A stretch of DNA of 64,000 nucleotides from a virus. The notes beneath the pieces were generated by a model, which ran no database searches, was not told the origin of the DNA, and saw nothing but the letters and a program-made list of their open reading frames with translations. Shown piece by piece: positions 18,975-28,635 of the stretch. Position numbers and translations under genes: made by a program. The stretch's first letter is position 1; every line of letters starts with the position of its first letter. The stretch lies in the IMG/VR virus record IMGVR_UViG_3300036820_000002, positions 1 to 64,000 of that record, one strand, 5' to 3'.

Positions 18975-19023
18975 GATTCCTCCTTGCGCGAATAACGGGG
19001 ATAGATCTGGACGGCGGGCGCGA

Positions 19024-21978
19024 TCACGGCACCTCGCAGGTGTCTGAGGAGCAGTAAAGCTCGCCCTGCGCGTCGGGCAGTGACGGGTTCCCGTAGAGGG
19101 CATCCCAGTCCACGGGCTTCACCCGTGCGCGCAGCTCATCCCAGCGCTCCTTGCTGACCCGCTGGTACGGCGCCTGGGGATAGGTGCCCTCGGCCATCGG
19201 CAGGAAGGACACCGACTTGAGTTGCCCGTCGAAGGCGCGCAGCACCGCCGGGATGTCTTTTGCCTCCTCGGCGGAGAAGGTGATGGTGCAGCTAACCGCA
19301 TTGTCGGACCACCAGCGCTGGCACTGGGCGGCCAGCGCCGTCTTCTCCCACAGCGATACCTCCCGCTCCGGCCGGATATCGGGGCCCTCTACCGGCAGCG
19401 TGATCACCACCGTGGTCTCCGGGTCCATCACGCTCGGCTCGACGGGGTAGCCCGCCTCTTCCATGGCGCTGGCGAACGGGGAGCCGGCCATGTCGCGGAC
19501 GGTCCGCACGTAGAACCCCCTCTCCCTGGGCCAGTGCACGCCCGGGGTCGCGCCCCAGAGCAGGGATACCGTACCGCTCGGCTTCACCGTCGTCACCCGG
19601 ATTGACTCCCGGACCCCGAGCCATTCGGAGTAAACCCGGTCCCAGCGGCGGATCTCCCGGTAGCCCTCGTCCTGCCAGCGGCGCAGCTCCGCCCACCCGT
19701 TCGCTTCGGCGAACTGGACTACCCCGGTCATCGAGGTGCCGATGCGGCGGTTCCGGTTCATCACTTCGTTGGACTCGGGCCACTGCACCGGCAGCAGGGT
19801 GACGCTCTTGGCGTAGAGGTATGCGAATTTGAGGGTGCGGAGATAATCTTTGAGGTCGGTATGACGATAGGGGAAGGACTCGCATAGTGTGCAGAGTTCG
19901 TTGTCCTCAAGCGCCTGCTCCGCGCAATTTGACACGTTCATGCCACCGGACCAGTAGGTATGGCTCTCCCCGTCGACGGTGATATCCCAGACATCATGCC
20001 TGCCGAGGTGCTCGGTCTCGGTGATGCCGAATGACTGATCTGCGCAGCCGGTGTCCTTGCGGATGGTTTCCCGGAGCTTGTCCATCTTGTAGCCCTGGAT
20101 GAACCCGATGATCTTCGCGAAGCGGGCAGCATCCTGCGCTCTGCCGATATTCACGTCATAGGATTCGCGGGATTCATAATCACCGTTGGCCCATGTGATC
20201 CGTGACGGCTTATTCGTAGTGAAATAGGAGGCAATGCCTAGCGCGGACAGGGAGAGCTGGACGTCATCGCGCATCTGCGGCGACGCCGTCTTGAAGGTGA
20301 CCCGGCCGCTGACCACTGACCCGTTCGCCGAGTACAGCCCCCGGAGTACCGAAGGATTCCCCAGCAGCTCCGGCGGCATGAAGCGCTCGGGGAGCCGCCG
20401 GAAGCAGGAACCGCTGATGACCTTCTCAGTAGTCCAGGCACGGTCGGTGCCGTGGCGCCCCTTGATCAGGCCTGCGATCTCGCTGCTGAAATAATCCTGG
20501 TCGTTCTCGCCGATGCACAGCACGTGGTAAGCATTGCCACGGGTTTCATGGAGGTAGCCGTCGCCGAGCATGAGCCCGGCCAGGATGTCCTTGACATCGC
20601 GGGAGGTACCTGGCAGGCCGCCGCGCAGCCGGTCAATGGACTGGGCATCACCGAGCTCCGTCTTGATGCCGCCGGACATTACCCGGTGATTGACCGTGGC
20701 ATCCACATATCCCGCTGTCGTGCGGTACCGGTAGACGGTTTCCACCCCGGTGCGGATTTTGCGGGTGACCTTCACCCACCCGTCCTGTGACCAGACGGTA
20801 TCGCCCGGCTTGATCTCGCCCATGACGGTGATGCCGCCGGGAGTCAGCAGGGGTGCCCATTCCGGCTGACATGGGTTCGTGCCTTTCGTCCGGTACTCCC
20901 GGTGATCGGGAGGGTCGGCGAGCCGTCCGTGCTCCTGCATCATGTCGAGCCAGACCAGCCCCGGTTCCCCGTTGAGGGCGATTCGCTCTGCCAGGTGCGA
21001 GTAATCACTGCCGGAATAAGCGATGACTGAGTTATTCGACAGGTGACCCCAGCCGTTCGCTCCCATTCTCTCCGGGTTTTTCTTCCAGTTCTTCAGGTCC
21101 AGGAAGTTTTCATCCGCTGGGTCACCGAGCGCAATCTCGGCACTCCTGCGCACATTTCCTGCTACTACGCATTTGCCTGCCAGGTTCATGATGTCGGCAA
21201 TGTCAGTGGAGGTCAGCGGCTGATCCTGCCGGTTCCCTAGCAACCTGGTCAGCTGCTCGTGGAGCTGCTGAAGGATCGCGGGGCCGCTGGCCGTCCCGCC
21301 GAATCCCCGGATGGGCTCCCCGGCCGGGCGGATGCGGGAATAGTCGAAGACCGGCATCCTCCTGGCCGGGAGCAGGAAGGCGCGGAGCAGGCTGGCTACT
21401 GATTCCACCCAGCCTTCACGGCTGTCCGGAATCTGGTGCGGGAATTTTCCCTCCGGCTGGTGCAGCGTGATCTTGCCCGCGCCACGGGTATCGAATCCGA
21501 TCCCGACTCCGAGCATGAGCATGTCCATGGTCCGGGAGAAAGGAAGCGACGGGTCACCGGCTGACGCTATATCTTCGGTGGAAATAAACCCGCAGTTCTG
21601 GAGGGCGCTGGAATCACCGCGCCCGTTGACCATTTCCGTGCCGAGCATCCACAGGCCGCGTCCCGGCGGGCTCCATTTCCCGAGGAATGCCCGGTGGTAA
21701 GCTTCCTGGGCGGAGGCCTGAGCCTTCGCCTCATTCCAGGGCATCCGGTTCTTCGCAGCGTGGTCCTTCTGGATGGAGTACATGCCGGAGATGACCCGGT
21801 CCAGCCCCTCGCTGAAGCGTTCGCGGGTGCCGTCGGGCTTGCGCCGAGCGTACTTGGTCAGCCAGCTGTGCTCGCCGAGAGTGTTGCCCGCGCCCATCGG
21901 GAATCCGAAGCCGGGGTCGCGGCGGGTATAGCCTGCGATGAAATCCGGGTCCATGGTGAAGCTGAGCCATTCAGTCAC
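19024..21978 (-). CDS. nrdJ: class II (B12-dependent) ribonucleotide reductase with intein
   Basis: PPGRGLW, ALQNCGF, VVAGNVRRSAEI, TNP|CAEQ, TTVKPSGTVSLL. Confidence 0.95.
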   Translation of the reverse strand: MTEWLSFTMDPDFIAGYTRRDPGFGFPMGAGNTLGEHSWLTKYARRKPDGTRERFSEGLDRVISGMYSIQKDHAAKNRMPWNEAKAQASAQEAYHRAFLGKWSPPGRGLWMLGTEMVNGRGDSSALQNCGFISTEDIASAGDPSLPFSRTMDMLMLGVGIGFDTRGAGKITLHQPEGKFPHQIPDSREGWVESVASLLRAFLLPARRMPVFDYSRIRPAGEPIRGFGGTASGPAILQQLHEQLTRLLGNRQDQPLTSTDIADIMNLAGKCVVAGNVRRSAEIALGDPADENFLDLKNWKKNPERMGANGWGHLSNNSVIAYSGSDYSHLAERIALNGEPGLVWLDMMQEHGRLADPPDHREYRTKGTNPCQPEWAPLLTPGGITVMGEIKPGDTVWSQDGWVKVTRKIRTGVETVYRYRTTAGYVDATVNHRVMSGGIKTELGDAQSIDRLRGGLPGTSRDVKDILAGLMLGDGYLHETRGNAYHVLCIGENDQDYFSSEIAGLIKGRHGTDRAWTTEKVISGSCFRRLPERFMPPELLGNPSVLRGLYSANGSVVSGRVTFKTASPQMRDDVQLSLSALGIASYFTTNKPSRITWANGDYESRESYDVNIGRAQDAARFAKIIGFIQGYKMDKLRETIRKDTGCADQSFGITETEHLGRHDVWDITVDGESHTYWSGGMNVSNCAEQALEDNELCTLCESFPYRHTDLKDYLRTLKFAYLYAKSVTLLPVQWPESNEVMNRNRRIGTSMTGVVQFAEANGWAELRRWQDEGYREIRRWDRVYSEWLGVRESIRVTTVKPSGTVSLLWGATPGVHWPRERGFYVRTVRDMAGSPFASAMEEAGYPVEPSVMDPETTVVITLPVEGPDIRPEREVSLWEKTALAAQCQRWWSDNAVSCTITFSAEEAKDIPAVLRAFDGQLKSVSFLPMAEGTYPQAPYQRVSKERWDELRARVKPVDWDALYGNPSLPDAQGELYCSSDTCEVP
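19927..20871 (-). mobile_element. intein with LAGLIDADG endonuclease (315 aa) at RNR catalytic Cys
   Basis: CQPEWAPLLTP...ATVNHRV...GLMLGDG...LRGLYSANG...VWDITVDGESHTYWSGGMNVSN|C. Confidence 0.93.
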
Positions 21979-21986
21979 ATGCCTCC

Positions 21987-22373
21987 TCACGAGGGGTCCA
22001 GGGTAAGAAGCGCCTTCTCCCGGCTCAGGAGACTGCGGCCGATCTCTATGCGCTTGTGCAGCGCGGTCAGGCTGGCCTGCTGGCAGCGGACTGCCGCCTT
22101 GGCCCGGGACCAGTCCAGGGAGGCGACGTGGAGGTCCAGCCGGTAACTGCCGGTGACCAGCCGGGCTGTCGCCTTGCGGGCTTCCACGCCCCCGTCCGCG
22201 TCCAGGAATGCCCTGTCCAGCGCGTCACCGAAGGCGTTCTCCCGGGTCCGGAACCGTCCTTCCGCTTCCACCGACTCCAGCTCCAGCCCGGCCAGCGTCT
22301 CCACCGACTCCTCCAGGTCACGGCCCAGCTGCCCGAGCTGGCGGGCCAGCGTCTCCGCATCGTAGGAGCTCAT
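21987..22373 (-). CDS. coiled-coil hypothetical protein
   Basis: Coupled ORF in recombination operon. Confidence 0.6.
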   Translation of the reverse strand: MSSYDAETLARQLGQLGRDLEESVETLAGLELESVEAEGRFRTRENAFGDALDRAFLDADGGVEARKATARLVTGSYRLDLHVASLDWSRAKAAVRCQQASLTALHKRIEIGRSLLSREKALLTLDPS

Positions 22374-23107
22374 GCGGCCAGCACCCGGGGGGCGGTGTCA
22401 TGCAGCCAGCCCCAGATGTCGCGGGCCGCCAGGAAGGCGGCGGTGTTCTCCTGACGGCAGGTCACCGGGATCAGCCGCCAGCTGCGGGGGCGGACGTGGA
22501 GCACCGCCAGCTCGTCGATGGCCGGGATCTCCTCCTCGGTGCCGTCGGGACGCAGGATGAAGTCGGCGTTTGCCAGCGCGCTGACCTGCAGGGCAGCCTC
22601 GGGGTAGGCACGCTTGCCGGTCTTGATGTCCGCCAGCACGGTGCGGCCGGCGATGCAGGCGATCCAGTCGCAGGTTCCCGCGTACCCGTAGGTGCGGGAC
22701 CACAGCGTTACCTCGCTCTCGCGGAAGCGCGGCCGGCATTCCATCAGGAAGCGGACGTACTGGTCAGCGTAGCCCTTGATGCCCTTGGGGACCCCCCCTG
22801 ACGGCACCCCCCGGCCCCATTTCTCCGCGAGCTCGTGAACGGCGTCTCCGGTCTCTCGCGCGGCCTGCGACTCACGGAAGGAGGCTGTCTCCAGCATTTT
22901 CCCACGGTCAGCGGCGGTCATCTCTCCCAGCTCCGCCCAGTGCGCGGCGGCGTAGCGGGCGGTGACGCGCTCTTCCCAGCTGTCCACGTCCGGCTTGAGG
23001 ATGACCTTCAGCACGGTGGTCACGCTGGGGGCCTCCTCGCTGGTACGGGGGTGGGTGTACCGGCGGGAGCCGTCGGGGAGGTCGGTGGCCAGGATCGGCG
23101 AGGTCAC
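22370..23107 (-). CDS. PD-(D/E)XK exonuclease (RecE/Cas4-like)
   Basis: PSVTTVL, GDAVHE, GYAGTCD...ADIKTG...LQVSA. Confidence 0.88.
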   Translation of the reverse strand: MTSPILATDLPDGSRRYTHPRTSEEAPSVTTVLKVILKPDVDSWEERVTARYAAAHWAELGEMTAADRGKMLETASFRESQAARETGDAVHELAEKWGRGVPSGGVPKGIKGYADQYVRFLMECRPRFRESEVTLWSRTYGYAGTCDWIACIAGRTVLADIKTGKRAYPEAALQVSALANADFILRPDGTEEEIPAIDELAVLHVRPRSWRLIPVTCRQENTAAFLAARDIWGWLHDTAPRVLAA

Positions 23108-23324
23108 GCAGGCCCTTCATCGAGGCACACGGGCCCTTCATCGAGGCCGGGGAGCAGCGCCTGCACCCACGGCCTGGCGACGGGGGCATCCCCGCTGAGG
23201 GCGTCCTTCAGCTCCAGGATGGCCTTCCCGATCCCGATCAGGGCCATGACCTGGGCATCGGTCTTCCGGGGCGCTGACTCTGCCCAGATAGCCATGGCCC
23301 TCTGGAGGTCATCACGGGCGGTTG

Positions 23325-25034
23325 TCACCGCGCACCAGCCAGGTCGGTGCCAGCAGCGGCGCCAGTACTGCCAGCGCCGTCCCGAAAGGAGGGGTCCAGC
23401 TCCTTGCTGCGCTGCTCCAGCCAGTCCCGCACCCGGATGGTACTGCCGTCGTCCAGCGGCGCGGCAGCATCGAGCTGGGCGCCGCTGAGGGCCATCTGCC
23501 AGACGGCGCGCAGCTCGTCGATGGTGGAGGCGCCGCCGATCAGCGCGGTGATCTTCGGCAGCAGTTCCCCGCCTTCCTGTTTCACGGTCCTGGTCCGGGC
23601 CGGGCTGGCTACCGGGTGGGCGGGACGTGCTCCCCGGACCGCTTCCCCCGCCGATGCCACCGGGTTCTCGGCGGTGGGGTCGGCGCGGTCCCCCTTGGCC
23701 CACAGGTCCAGGGCTACCCCGAACCGCATCGCCGCATTGCGCAGGCTGTTCCGGACGACTATCCCGTTGGCGGTGTACTCGTGGCTGCCTTCGACGCTAA
23801 GGTTCCAGACTTCTCCTGGTCCGGCGTCCAGCACTGCCACGACAGCTACCGCAGCAGAAACGTGCCCACGGTCGCTTGGCGACGAATTCGGTTCCGCATT
23901 CTTCGCAGCTGCGATTGTCCCTGAAGGATCCCTTACGGGGGCGGATATAGGCCGTTCCCTCTCGACGACGCCGACGTTCCCTGCAGGCGGGAGAACACCA
24001 GCGGCTCCATGGGCGAACTGCTGTGTACGACTCGTTGCATTCGTCACAGAGCCGCTCATAGGTGACCTGGTGGTCGTGGTGCCATCGTGCGTGATCCCCC
24101 GGGGAGAGGGCGACAAGGTTTCCGGGATCGTTGTCAAGCGGGTCAACGTTGCGGTGATGGACGTGCCAGCCTTCTGGAATCGGTCCGTGTGCCGCTTCGT
24201 AGATGCCGACGTGAAGATAGGTACGTGGTGCAGTGGTCGCCATGAAGTAGACACGACGATGCCGGTCGGGATGACCGGGCTGCCGCCGGTACTGGCGCTG
24301 GTTCCAGGCGATGTCATCTGCGCCTGCGTTTTTACGGTACCCTGCCACGTGTAGAGCATATCGCCGTTACGCAACGCGTCCATGCACTGCAGGCCGCGAT
24401 TCGCGGTCGGAATACGGTGATGCGGTGTTCCGACGATCACGCGTCCGTCGGCCAGCAGTGCGGCCTTCGTGGGTGCGGCCGGGTGAGAAAGCCAGTGGTC
24501 AGTCACCCGGCGCCAGCCTTCACGGGTGGGTACCAGGTCCCCGACGCGAACATCCTCGATGCGGACGGCGCCGCGTGCGGTCTGTACGGGCGTACCACGG
24601 AGCAGGCAGTCGCCGATCAGGACTTTCACCGCGTCGTTCTGGCCGCTGGGCACAGATCCGTAGCCGAGCCGCGACACCCCCCCGATGGTGAGCCTGATCC
24701 ACAGCCCGACCGGCGACCCGCTGCTGTCCAGGTCGAAGACGGGCATGCCCCGCTCGTCGGCGGCCAGCGGTGCCCAGTTCCAGGCCGGGTCGGCGTCCAG
24801 CAGCCGGTTCGTCACATCCGCGTGGCCGACATAGTCAATGTGAATGTGGCGGACGGAGATGTAGTTGCCGCAGTCATCGCACTTGCTCTTCGGGTGCTTG
24901 TCGCAGGTCTTGCGCCGGTCGCTGCAGTCCGGGCAGGTGACCCTTGGCAGCTTCCCGATCAGTTCCCCCCCGAAGGGCTTGCGCAGGAGGGTCAGGTCCG
25001 TCACCGGGACATCGTGAGCCAGCGGGATCGTCAT
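23325..25034 (-). CDS. Rad52/Sak-like single-strand annealing protein with intein
   Basis: DYVGHADVTNRLLDADPAWNW, LWIRLTIGGVSRLGYG, KVLIGD|SLRNAAMRFGVALDLW. Confidence 0.85.
   Translation of the reverse strand: MTIPLAHDVPVTDLTLLRKPFGGELIGKLPRVTCPDCSDRRKTCDKHPKSKCDDCGNYISVRHIHIDYVGHADVTNRLLDADPAWNWAPLAADERGMPVFDLDSSGSPVGLWIRLTIGGVSRLGYGSVPSGQNDAVKVLIGDCLLRGTPVQTARGAVRIEDVRVGDLVPTREGWRRVTDHWLSHPAAPTKAALLADGRVIVGTPHHRIPTANRGLQCMDALRNGDMLYTWQGTVKTQAQMTSPGTSASTGGSPVIPTGIVVSTSWRPLHHVPIFTSASTKRHTDRFQKAGTSITATLTRLTTIPETLSPSPRGITHDGTTTTRSPMSGSVTNATSRTQQFAHGAAGVLPPAGNVGVVERERPISAPVRDPSGTIAAAKNAEPNSSPSDRGHVSAAVAVVAVLDAGPGEVWNLSVEGSHEYTANGIVVRNSLRNAAMRFGVALDLWAKGDRADPTAENPVASAGEAVRGARPAHPVASPARTRTVKQEGGELLPKITALIGGASTIDELRAVWQMALSGAQLDAAAPLDDGSTIRVRDWLEQRSKELDPSFRDGAGSTGAAAGTDLAGAR
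23748..24608 (-). mobile_element. intein (287 aa) in recombinase
   Basis: CLLRGTPV...IEDVRVGDLV...GTPHHRI...VWNLSVEGSHEYTANGIVVRN|S. Confidence 0.9.
23797..24348 (-). CDS. HNH homing endonuclease nested out of frame inside intein
   Basis: YLHVGIYEAAHGPIPEGWHVHHRNVDPLDNDPGNLVAL...HARWH plus two CxxC...CSxxC zinc fingers. Confidence 0.9.
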   Translation of the reverse strand: MAGYRKNAGADDIAWNQRQYRRQPGHPDRHRRVYFMATTAPRTYLHVGIYEAAHGPIPEGWHVHHRNVDPLDNDPGNLVALSPGDHARWHHDHQVTYERLCDECNESYTAVRPWSRWCSPACRERRRRREGTAYIRPRKGSFRDNRSCEECGTEFVAKRPWARFCCGSCRGSAGRRTRRSLEP

Positions 25035-25152
25035 GCGGCAGCCTCTTCCCTGGAGTCAGCGGGTGCCTCACGGGGCTGCCCGTCCCTCTAAGTTACAGCG
25101 GTGTGATCATGCTGTCCAGCGCTTCTTTCATGTGTCCTGAGCTGGGAAAACA

Positions 25153-25188
25153 GTAACACCCCTGGTCAGCGGCGACCAGGGGTGTTAC
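25153..25188. terminator. hairpin/terminator
   Basis: GTAACACCCCTGGTC/GACCAGGGGTGTTAC. Confidence 0.6.
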
Positions 25189-25199
25189 CGGTTGTCTTC

Positions 25200-26024
25200 T
25201 TACCGGCGCTCGGGGTCTTCCCCCGTCCACCGGTACTCCTGGGCCAGCCGCCCGCCGTGCTTGACCATCTTGACGGCACGGACGTCCAGGACCCCGATCA
25301 GGGACAGGCGGCGCGCCTCCTGGCGGAAGGCTGCCCCCCGCCCGGACTTGGTATCGCAGGGCAGCGGGCGGTCCGGGTACTGCCGGTCCCACTCCTGGCA
25401 GGCGTCGTCGACGCTGAACCAGCGGTCCTGCGGCTGCGCCCGGACGAACTGCCGCAGCCACCCGGCGCCTCCTTTCATGACCGCCGAGGCCCGGACCGGC
25501 TGGTTGATGCTCCGCGACAGCAGTGCCGCGACTGCTTCCGCCCTGATCCTGGCCTGGGTGATCACCGGGTGGGTGACGCCGGAATCACGAAGGTAGGCGC
25601 TCAGTTCCCCGGCCATCACCTGGGCGCGGCCCATGACGTTCCGGGCATCCCGGGTCCTGGCGTCGTAGAAGACGAACTGCGCCCTGGCGGCGTTGCCCTT
25701 GCCCAGCTGGATGCTGAGCCGCGCTTCCGGCTGCGCCTTGGCGGTCAGCGTCCACACTCCGTCATAGGAGCTGATCAGGTTCGCGTCGGCGAGGGCGTCC
25801 AGGAGGTCGCCGGCGAGGGTCTCCCAGTCTCCCCAGACGTGGCGCACCCGGGTATCGAGGTAGGCCAGCGGTATCTGGATGGCTTTCACCAGCGCGGGCA
25901 GCCGGCATCCCTTCCCGCCGGCATCCCAGATCGCCGTCATGATCTCGCGGAACCCGTCTGCGAGCGGGATGCCGCCCTGGTGGTCCTCCTTGCCTTTCAG
26001 CCGGGCCGCGTAGCCTTCAGCCAT
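25200..26024 (-). CDS. hypothetical protein
   Basis: 274-aa GC3-biased ORF coupled to ParB-like gene. Confidence 0.65.
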   Translation of the reverse strand: MAEGYAARLKGKEDHQGGIPLADGFREIMTAIWDAGGKGCRLPALVKAIQIPLAYLDTRVRHVWGDWETLAGDLLDALADANLISSYDGVWTLTAKAQPEARLSIQLGKGNAARAQFVFYDARTRDARNVMGRAQVMAGELSAYLRDSGVTHPVITQARIRAEAVAALLSRSINQPVRASAVMKGGAGWLRQFVRAQPQDRWFSVDDACQEWDRQYPDRPLPCDTKSGRGAAFRQEARRLSLIGVLDVRAVKMVKHGGRLAQEYRWTGEDPERR

Positions 26025-27084
26025 TGGTGTGACTGAAAGTCGGCGCCAGCGGCGGCTGTGCGTTCTGCTCGGTCTGCAGCATCAGGATGTCGCGGAGGTC
26101 GATGATGGCCTGCTGGATGACCTGCGCGTTGAGCTCGCCGCTCCCGGGGGTGATGTCCACCAGCATCTCCTTGTTGCCGGCCCTGATCCACTCGCAGATG
26201 CCGTGGAGCGCGGACAGTTTAGTGCGGAGCTGCCGGGACCTGGTCACGACCGGCGCGTGACCGGTTTTCGCGCCTTCGCGGGATTTCGCCTCGGCGTCGA
26301 TGGCCGCGATCATCGCGGCCTCGCTGGAGTATCCCGCGAACTGGCGGGACAGCCCCCTGATCTCGCTTCCCGGGACGGCGCAGTCCCGCAGGAACTCCAC
26401 GTAGTGCCGGAACGGGCCGTCGTAGAACTTGGAGGTAGTCTGTCCGATAATCGCGAGGTGGGTGAGGGTGAACGACCCCGGTACCGTGATGCCCAGCTCC
26501 GTCATCCTGGTCTCGGCGTTGCGGGCGGCGATCACGTTCTTCACCGCCTGCTGGCTGCACTGGATCTGCTGGGCCAGCGCGGCGGCATCCGGCTCCGGGT
26601 CACCGGAGATCAGCTGCCGGATGAGGCGGTACAGCTCTATGTCCTTGAGGTTCTTTCCGTGAACCCGGTTGAGCCGCATCTGCAGTACCTGGAACCGCGC
26701 CCTGATCGGCTCGGTGGCGCTGGCGTAGTTGTCGTTGAGCACGATGGCGGGAAAGGAATCCCAGCCGAGCTTCGCGGCGGCGGCGTTGCGGGTGTTGCCG
26801 TCGAGGAGGTAGCCGTCCAGGGTGTAGACCACCGGGGGCATGACCAGGTTCGGCCGCTTGGCCGACGCGGTGTAGGGCTTCATTGCCTCGGCGTAGCGGG
26901 ATACCTCATAGGGGCCCGCCTTCTCTTCCTGGTCCCGGACCTGGGACTGTTTTCCGGGATCGGCGAGCGGGTAGTTCTGTTCATAGGTCCAGGTGCCCTC
27001 GCTGTACCCGAGGGTGGAGATCAGGGCTGCCGTCCACTGGCCCGACGGCGGCAGGGAGCTCGTCCTGGTGATGGGTCGTCCCAT
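26017..27084 (-). CDS. ParB-like N-terminal domain protein
   Basis: MPPVVYTLDGYLLDGNTRNAAAAKLG...NRVHG. Confidence 0.7.
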   Translation of the reverse strand: MGRPITRTSSLPPSGQWTAALISTLGYSEGTWTYEQNYPLADPGKQSQVRDQEEKAGPYEVSRYAEAMKPYTASAKRPNLVMPPVVYTLDGYLLDGNTRNAAAAKLGWDSFPAIVLNDNYASATEPIRARFQVLQMRLNRVHGKNLKDIELYRLIRQLISGDPEPDAAALAQQIQCSQQAVKNVIAARNAETRMTELGITVPGSFTLTHLAIIGQTTSKFYDGPFRHYVEFLRDCAVPGSEIRGLSRQFAGYSSEAAMIAAIDAEAKSREGAKTGHAPVVTRSRQLRTKLSALHGICEWIRAGNKEMLVDITPGSGELNAQVIQQAIIDLRDILMLQTEQNAQPPLAPTFSHTNG

Positions 27085-27434
27085 CGGGACTCCTTTTCTG
27101 TTCCGGTTCTGCACGCCGTAACCGCGTGCTTTGTACGGACAGTACATCCTCCTTCATCACCACGCAAATGATCCGGGAAACTTTCTTCACGGATGCGGCC
27201 GGATCACGGTCAGGGGCCGCCCGGGATGGGGTTCCCGGGATTCGCCGATCCCGCAGGATTCCCGGGATTCGCCGACCTCGCAGGATACGCACCAGCCGGA
27301 GACGGCTGACGTCATCTGCATCGGGGCGGTGCAGACCCAGCAGGGAAAGGGCTCCGGCGGGCGCGGCGGGGTGAGCGCCTCAGCGGCAGGATCGGTGCCG
27401 CCGAAGCGGGCAGACAGGCTGTACCACTGCATGA

Positions 27435-27836
27435 TCAGCTTCCTCCGAGTATCCGCGCCCATGTCAGTTCCGTTTCTATATCGCGGATGACGGTGCTCAT
27501 CTCGCGGCTCGCGGCGGTCATGAATTCCTGCGGCAGGTTTTCTTCCGGCAGCAGGAAGCCGTTGTCTCGTGCCCACATAATGAAACGGGGCCATTCTCCC
27601 GGAGTTGAGCACCATGCGGCGGCCAGCCCGGCGGCGGCGAGCATTTCCGGGAATTCCCCTGCCGTCACGGGATGACCTGCCGCCGGTCGGTCGGCCAGCA
27701 CCAGCAGGCCGGTGATCAGCTCCCGGGTGCTGTCATCGCCGGCCGACGCCAGGAAGCCGGTCACCGCCCCGGTGTCGCCGTCATGCCACTGCCTGACCAG
27801 GCGCGCTGCTGCCGTCAGTCCCGGTTCGGTGCCCAT
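27435..27836 (-). CDS. hypothetical protein
   Basis: ORF with GGAGG RBS. Confidence 0.5.
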   Translation of the reverse strand: MGTEPGLTAAARLVRQWHDGDTGAVTGFLASAGDDSTRELITGLLVLADRPAAGHPVTAGEFPEMLAAAGLAAAWCSTPGEWPRFIMWARDNGFLLPEENLPQEFMTAASREMSTVIRDIETELTWARILGGS

Positions 27837-27938
27837 GCTCGCCTCCGCTGATGATCTCGGGTGAGAAGAAGCGTAGACCCCCGTGGTCCCATCGGCAACA
27901 GCCTTGCGCCGGGGTATCCTGGACCGGGACCGAAGGAG

Positions 27939-28589
27939 ATGACTTCAGTGAATGCGGATGTTTTCCCGGATAGCGAAGGAATGGCATGGACGGACCTTGA
28001 CGGGGGCCTGGAGGTCTACGGGAAATTCCTCGATTCCGTCGATACCGATGACGGCGAGAGGCTTCGCTGGGCGGAGCTGTGCCTTTATAAGGTCATCGAT
28101 ACCGACGAATCCCATGATGCTTCCCTCCCTGACGCCGATGAGAACAAGGATATGTACGGCCACCCGATATGGGTGCTCCATACCAAGGGCCACACCCTGG
28201 TTTACCACCGGACCGGCCCCTGCAAGGGTGGCATCGTGGTGCGCGCCTGCGACTTCCCGCAGCACGCCGAGGATGTGGATGAGCTGGTCGGCTGCGAGCG
28301 GTGTGACCCGCCGGACTGGCAGTCCCTCGGTGAGGAGAAGCTGCGGCTGGAGGTTACCTGGTACACCAGCGTCATCTGCCAGACCGCCGACAAGCTTATC
28401 GACGCGCTGCAGCGCAAGCCGCTGTGCACGGCGTGCCACAAGGAGGAGCGGTACCACCCGCACCCGGGCTGCCAGCAGTACCGCAAGCCGCTGCCGGAGC
28501 TGTCGGCGCCGGGCCGCAACCTGATCGAGCGGGTCCGCTACTCCGAGCCGGACATCGACCGGGCCGCGAACAGGAAGAAAAGGCTCTGA
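27939..28589 (+). CDS. hypothetical protein
   Basis: AAGGAG RBS; RWAELCLYK, CERCDP. Confidence 0.65.
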   Translation: MTSVNADVFPDSEGMAWTDLDGGLEVYGKFLDSVDTDDGERLRWAELCLYKVIDTDESHDASLPDADENKDMYGHPIWVLHTKGHTLVYHRTGPCKGGIVVRACDFPQHAEDVDELVGCERCDPPDWQSLGEEKLRLEVTWYTSVICQTADKLIDALQRKPLCTACHKEERYHPHPGCQQYRKPLPELSAPGRNLIERVRYSEPDIDRAANRKKRL

Positions 28590-28635
28590 CGTGATAGAGT
28601 GCCCGTGAACGGATAAGAAGAAGGACGATGTTTCC

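Noticed and set aside
22370-23107. Cas4 adaptation gene for the array
   Set aside because: Lacks Fe-S cysteines, lies 8 kb away and sits beside a Rad52-like recombinase; a typical phage recombination exonuclease
27233-27286. 27-bp tandem repeat as iteron or operator
   Set aside because: Only two copies, length is a multiple of 3, and it lies in a plausible minus-strand ORF
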